This document shows, piece by piece, positions 60,422 through 64,000 of a stretch of DNA of 64,000 nucleotides; position 1 is the stretch's first letter, and every line of letters starts with the position of its first letter. Position numbers and translations under genes: made by a program. Below the pieces are notes generated by a model that was not told where the DNA came from, ran no database searches, and saw only the letters and a list, made by a program, of their open reading frames with translations. Origin of the DNA: a virus; the IMG/VR virus record IMGVR_UViG_3300023179_000072, positions 17,338-81,337 of that record; one strand, given 5' to 3'.

Positions 60422-63175
60422 ATGGTCTCATTTTTTAGTTTTGGTAATAAATTTAAATTTAATTCAAATACTAATAAAGTTGTAATATCAAATAATAGTT
60501 TGCTCAATACTAATTCAGCAGCTATAGGAGCAGCAGCATTTTGGAATGGTGGGTTAAATTTTAATAGTGTGGGTACTAATGGTAAAAGTAGTAGTTATGG
60601 GACTTTTGATCAAACAGGATTAGCTTGGGAATGGTGTGATGCTAATTCTACTAGTAACACATATAAGGTTATTCGTGGAGGAGATATTAGTAATACTGGT
60701 GGAATAGCCAACTACTATAATAGTGATAAAAGTAAAAGATACTTAAAAACAACAACTGGAGGAGATACTAATCCGGTATCTTTTGTAACATCTCCTAATA
60801 GAAACAAAGGAAAACCACAAGATCAAGATTGGAGTGGTCGTATAGTATCAATATCTAATCCACTCAGTTTAAATAATTATGTTACTATAGGAAATACTAA
60901 TAATTCTAGTGATACTAATGGATATGGATCAGTTAGCTATTCTTACCAAATTAGCAAATATTTATTAACTAATGATGAATATTGTGCATTTTTAAATCTT
61001 AAAGCGGTTTCTGATCCTAATCAGTTATATGCCACTCAAATGAGTACCGAAAGAGTAGGAGGCATAGTAAGATCAGGGGTCTCAGGATCATACTCATATT
61101 CTGTTAAAACTAATATGGGTAATAAACCAGTATATTTTTTAAGTTGGTTTAGTTTAGCTAGATATTGTAACTGGCTACATAATGGAATGGGCTCAGGATC
61201 CACAGAAACTGGAGCATATACTCTTAATAATGCTTTAACTGGTATTATTAATAAAAATGTTGGAGCTAATTATTATATACCAAATGAAAATGAATGGTAC
61301 AAAGCTGCATACTATAAAGGAGGCAGTTCTAATGCTGGATATTGGAAATTTGCTACACAAAGCGATAGTATTCCTCAAATAGTCGCATCAACATTAAATG
61401 GTGATGGAACTATCAGAAATGTTAGCATAAAACCAGTTAATACTATAGGATCTAATGTTAGCGTAACTGGTATTAATGATAGTATATATAATGTTGGTAT
61501 ATCAATAAATTATGCTCAAATTAGTAGTAGCGGAGTTACAAAAGTTACTCCAGTAACATTAAATGATCCTAAATTACCAGTTAATTTTAGTTTAAGTAAT
61601 AGTTTAGGCAAATATAATATATCTACTACTTCATCAAGATCGGGTAATATTGATATTTGTTTTACTTTACCATCTACTATTAGTTTAAGTACTTTTAATA
61701 AAACTAAAGTATTTCATACCTCATCTGGAATTACAACTAATGTTACCATAACCACAGGAGCTAATGCTCCAAATTTCTCTAATAAAACTATATGTGCTAG
61801 AGTTAGTAATTTTAGTGATTTTCATATTATACCAGAAAATGATAATTTTAATTATGCTATTCCTTCTAATGTTAGTGGATCAGTTAGTAATGGGAGTGTT
61901 AATTTAAACTGGAATATGAGTGATACTACAGATATATTTGATTATAGCATTAAATATAGTAGTGATAGTGGTAATAGTTGGAGTGAGTATAATCATTTAC
62001 CAAATTCTGGTTTATCATTAGTTGTTGATGGATTAACCAACAATACCTCATATCTATTTAGCGTGGCAGCTATTGGATTATCTGGCATAGGTAATTATTC
62101 ATCCTATAGTTCATCATTAACTCCAGTAGCTAGTGTTCCTGATATTGTTACCGGATTGTCTGGATCCCCAAATATTAATTCTGTAGATTTAATTTGGAAT
62201 GTTCCAAATAACAATGGATCAAATATAATAAATTATTCTGTTCAATATAGTAGCGATAGTGGCTCAACTTGGATTTCATCAAATGATCCGTTATATTTGT
62301 TTGCTGATGATGTTTCAACCACCAGAAATTTAACAGTTACAAACTTAAATTCTTCTAATAGTTATATTTTTAGAATATCTGCTATTAATAGTATTGGTTC
62401 TGGAAATTATAGTAGTTATAGTAATAGTATTATTCCATTAAGCAATATACCAAATTGTGATTTTGTTATTAGTGATACTATAACTATTAGTGCTACTCCT
62501 ACAGTAACACCATCACCAACACCAACAAATACTCCTGCTCCTAAATTTACTCCTATGTCAGTTTTACTTACAACCGGTGATACTTATACAGTACCATCCG
62601 GTGCTACTACAATGAAGGCTTGGGCGGTGGGTGGTGGCGGAAAAAATGTTGGCGGTGGTGGTGGAGGCTGCGCATACAAAACGTGGTCTGTTACTAGCGG
62701 CCAAACAATTTCCTATACTGTGCCATCTGCAAGAACAACAACAAATGGCAATGGAGGCTCGGCCACTGTTACCGCATCTGGGGTCACTATTACAGGCGGG
62801 GGAGGGGGAGGGGTAGGTTACTTTCAGCCCGGAGGAGGTTTCTCGGGAGGTGACGGAGGCGCTAATGGCGGTTCCGGTGGTAGTGTCGAGGGAGGAAGTT
62901 ATGGTGGCGCAGTGGGCGGAAATAGCGTTACGGCCTCTTGCGGCAGGAGAACAATGACCGACGTATCTGGACTAAAAGCCGCACTATCTCTTGCGGGTGT
63001 AAATACCACCGAAACCTGCGGCAGCACGGCTGCATTTGGCAGCGGCGCATATGGAAGCAAATATGCAAACCCCAGTTTGCTAAGTCCCGGCCTTGGCGGG
63101 GGGGCGGGGGAGGAAAATTATGGTCATACTAATTCAGGTGCAGGGGGCGGCGCGGTTGTGCTGTATTTCACATGA
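60422..63175 (+). CDS. FGE-sulfatase-like (permuted) + FN3 x2 + Gly-rich domain protein
   Basis: YGTFDQ.G..WEW...IRGG; TNDEYCAFLN, KPV...SW...RYCNWL, IP.ENEWYKAAYY. Confidence 0.8.
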   Translation: MVSFFSFGNKFKFNSNTNKVVISNNSLLNTNSAAIGAAAFWNGGLNFNSVGTNGKSSSYGTFDQTGLAWEWCDANSTSNTYKVIRGGDISNTGGIANYYNSDKSKRYLKTTTGGDTNPVSFVTSPNRNKGKPQDQDWSGRIVSISNPLSLNNYVTIGNTNNSSDTNGYGSVSYSYQISKYLLTNDEYCAFLNLKAVSDPNQLYATQMSTERVGGIVRSGVSGSYSYSVKTNMGNKPVYFLSWFSLARYCNWLHNGMGSGSTETGAYTLNNALTGIINKNVGANYYIPNENEWYKAAYYKGGSSNAGYWKFATQSDSIPQIVASTLNGDGTIRNVSIKPVNTIGSNVSVTGINDSIYNVGISINYAQISSSGVTKVTPVTLNDPKLPVNFSLSNSLGKYNISTTSSRSGNIDICFTLPSTISLSTFNKTKVFHTSSGITTNVTITTGANAPNFSNKTICARVSNFSDFHIIPENDNFNYAIPSNVSGSVSNGSVNLNWNMSDTTDIFDYSIKYSSDSGNSWSEYNHLPNSGLSLVVDGLTNNTSYLFSVAAIGLSGIGNYSSYSSSLTPVASVPDIVTGLSGSPNINSVDLIWNVPNNNGSNIINYSVQYSSDSGSTWISSNDPLYLFADDVSTTRNLTVTNLNSSNSYIFRISAINSIGSGNYSSYSNSIIPLSNIPNCDFVISDTITISATPTVTPSPTPTNTPAPKFTPMSVLLTTGDTYTVPSGATTMKAWAVGGGGKNVGGGGGGCAYKTWSVTSGQTISYTVPSARTTTNGNGGSATVTASGVTITGGGGGGVGYFQPGGGFSGGDGGANGGSGGSVEGGSYGGAVGGNSVTASCGRRTMTDVSGLKAALSLAGVNTTETCGSTAAFGSGAYGSKYANPSLLSPGLGGGAGEENYGHTNSGAGGGAVVLYFT

Positions 63176-63660
63176 GCGAGATTCTTCGGGCACCTAACGG
63201 AAACGCAATTCTGTTGACCCCTCGCGGCGGATCGCATTCGCTAGCGACAGTTGCAATGCAAGTGTTCTGGCAGAATTCATTTGTTGGCGAGCAGGGTCAT
63301 CCTGCGTGGTACTTCGGGGAGCAGGAAGCATGGACGGGCACCAATCGAAATGTAGGCATCATCGTCCGCAACCCAATTGAACGCTTCCGCAGCACGGTCG
63401 CTCATCGACCAGAGTTGACGCTGGAGGAACATCTCGCGCAGCCCGTCTACGGTCCGCTGACGAAGGGCAACTTTGCCCGTTACTTCCGCTTCGAGGATCA
63501 ACTCAACGAAGCCGCCGAATGGTTGGGCCTGCCGACGCCTCTACCGCAGGAGGACGCGAGCGACCCGGCACTCAAGCCGACGCTCACCGCAGAGCAAGAG
63601 GCCCGCGTGCGCGAACTCTACGCCGATGACATCGCCCTCTGGCAGTCCCTCCAGCCATAA
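63172..63660 (+). CDS. Sulfotransferase family-2-like protein (GC-rich)
   Basis: TPRGGSHSL, IVRNPIERFRS, FRFED motifs; coupled to the upstream gene by ATGA. Confidence 0.55.
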   Translation: MSEILRAPNGNAILLTPRGGSHSLATVAMQVFWQNSFVGEQGHPAWYFGEQEAWTGTNRNVGIIVRNPIERFRSTVAHRPELTLEEHLAQPVYGPLTKGNFARYFRFEDQLNEAAEWLGLPTPLPQEDASDPALKPTLTAEQEARVRELYADDIALWQSLQP

Positions 63661-63665
63661 CGCGC

Positions 63666-63926
63666 ATGCTCCGCCCCCTCTACGCCCTGTTCGGTGCGCT
63701 GGCCGCCGCGAGCCTCACGGCGTGCCTGCCGCTCGGCGAGATGTGGCTGATCGAGCAGACGCCGCTGGTGCGATGGATGGCGGCGGACCCGGAGTACGGA
63801 TACGAGACGTATCGCTCGCTGGGCGTCGTGCTTCCGTGGCTCGCGACTCACAACGGCATCGCGGGCGCGGCAATCGGGTGGTGGTGCGGTGGACGGCAAC
63901 TGCCAGACAGCAGCAATCGCCGGTAG
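63666..63926 (+). CDS. Small membrane protein (GC-rich)
   Basis: Two hydrophobic segments. Confidence 0.45.
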   Translation: MLRPLYALFGALAAASLTACLPLGEMWLIEQTPLVRWMAADPEYGYETYRSLGVVLPWLATHNGIAGAAIGWWCGGRQLPDSSNRR

Positions 63927-64000
63927 CGTGGGTGTAGGCATTTAGCCGGGCACGACCCGGGCCAGGAGGACACATGAGCCAGGTACGGATCCGCACGAGC

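Noticed and set aside
58303-63175. Diversity-generating retroelement (Mtd-N and FGE domains are common targets)
   Set aside because: No reverse transcriptase and no TR/VR pair with adenine-specific mismatches seen in this window.

Overview
Fragment of a large, AT-rich tailed-phage (Caudoviricetes) genome. The host is most likely Planctomycetota: a planctomycete-extracellular motif precedes a subtilase, and there are a PEP-CTERM tail and a planctomycete-type FGE domain. Four zones. (1) 1-12.3 kb: short minus-strand accessory ORFs (DUF551, ASCH, Nudix, HNH, secreted proteins) and tRNA-Gly. (2) 12.3-32.6 kb: a more GC-rich minus-strand array of promoter-gene modules separated by 21 copies of a 78-bp double-dyad element (TAAGTNNTT-N7-AANNACTTA twice, 53 bp apart). 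This zone also holds sigma70 promoters with a CGATA spacer motif, five sigma54-consensus promoters, an IHF/HU gene, nine more tRNAs, a tRNA-like element and a candidate ~700-nt structured ncRNA. (3) 32.7-47.4 kb: GIY-YIG/HNH nuclease, subtilase and four LamG/FN3/fibrinogen-like genes whose domains are split across gene boundaries. (4) 47.8-64 kb, plus strand: sigma-like factor, HNH, ERCC4, terminase, portal, protease/scaffold, capsid, fibre genes and a GC-rich right end. All calls come from reading motifs by eye; no searches were run.
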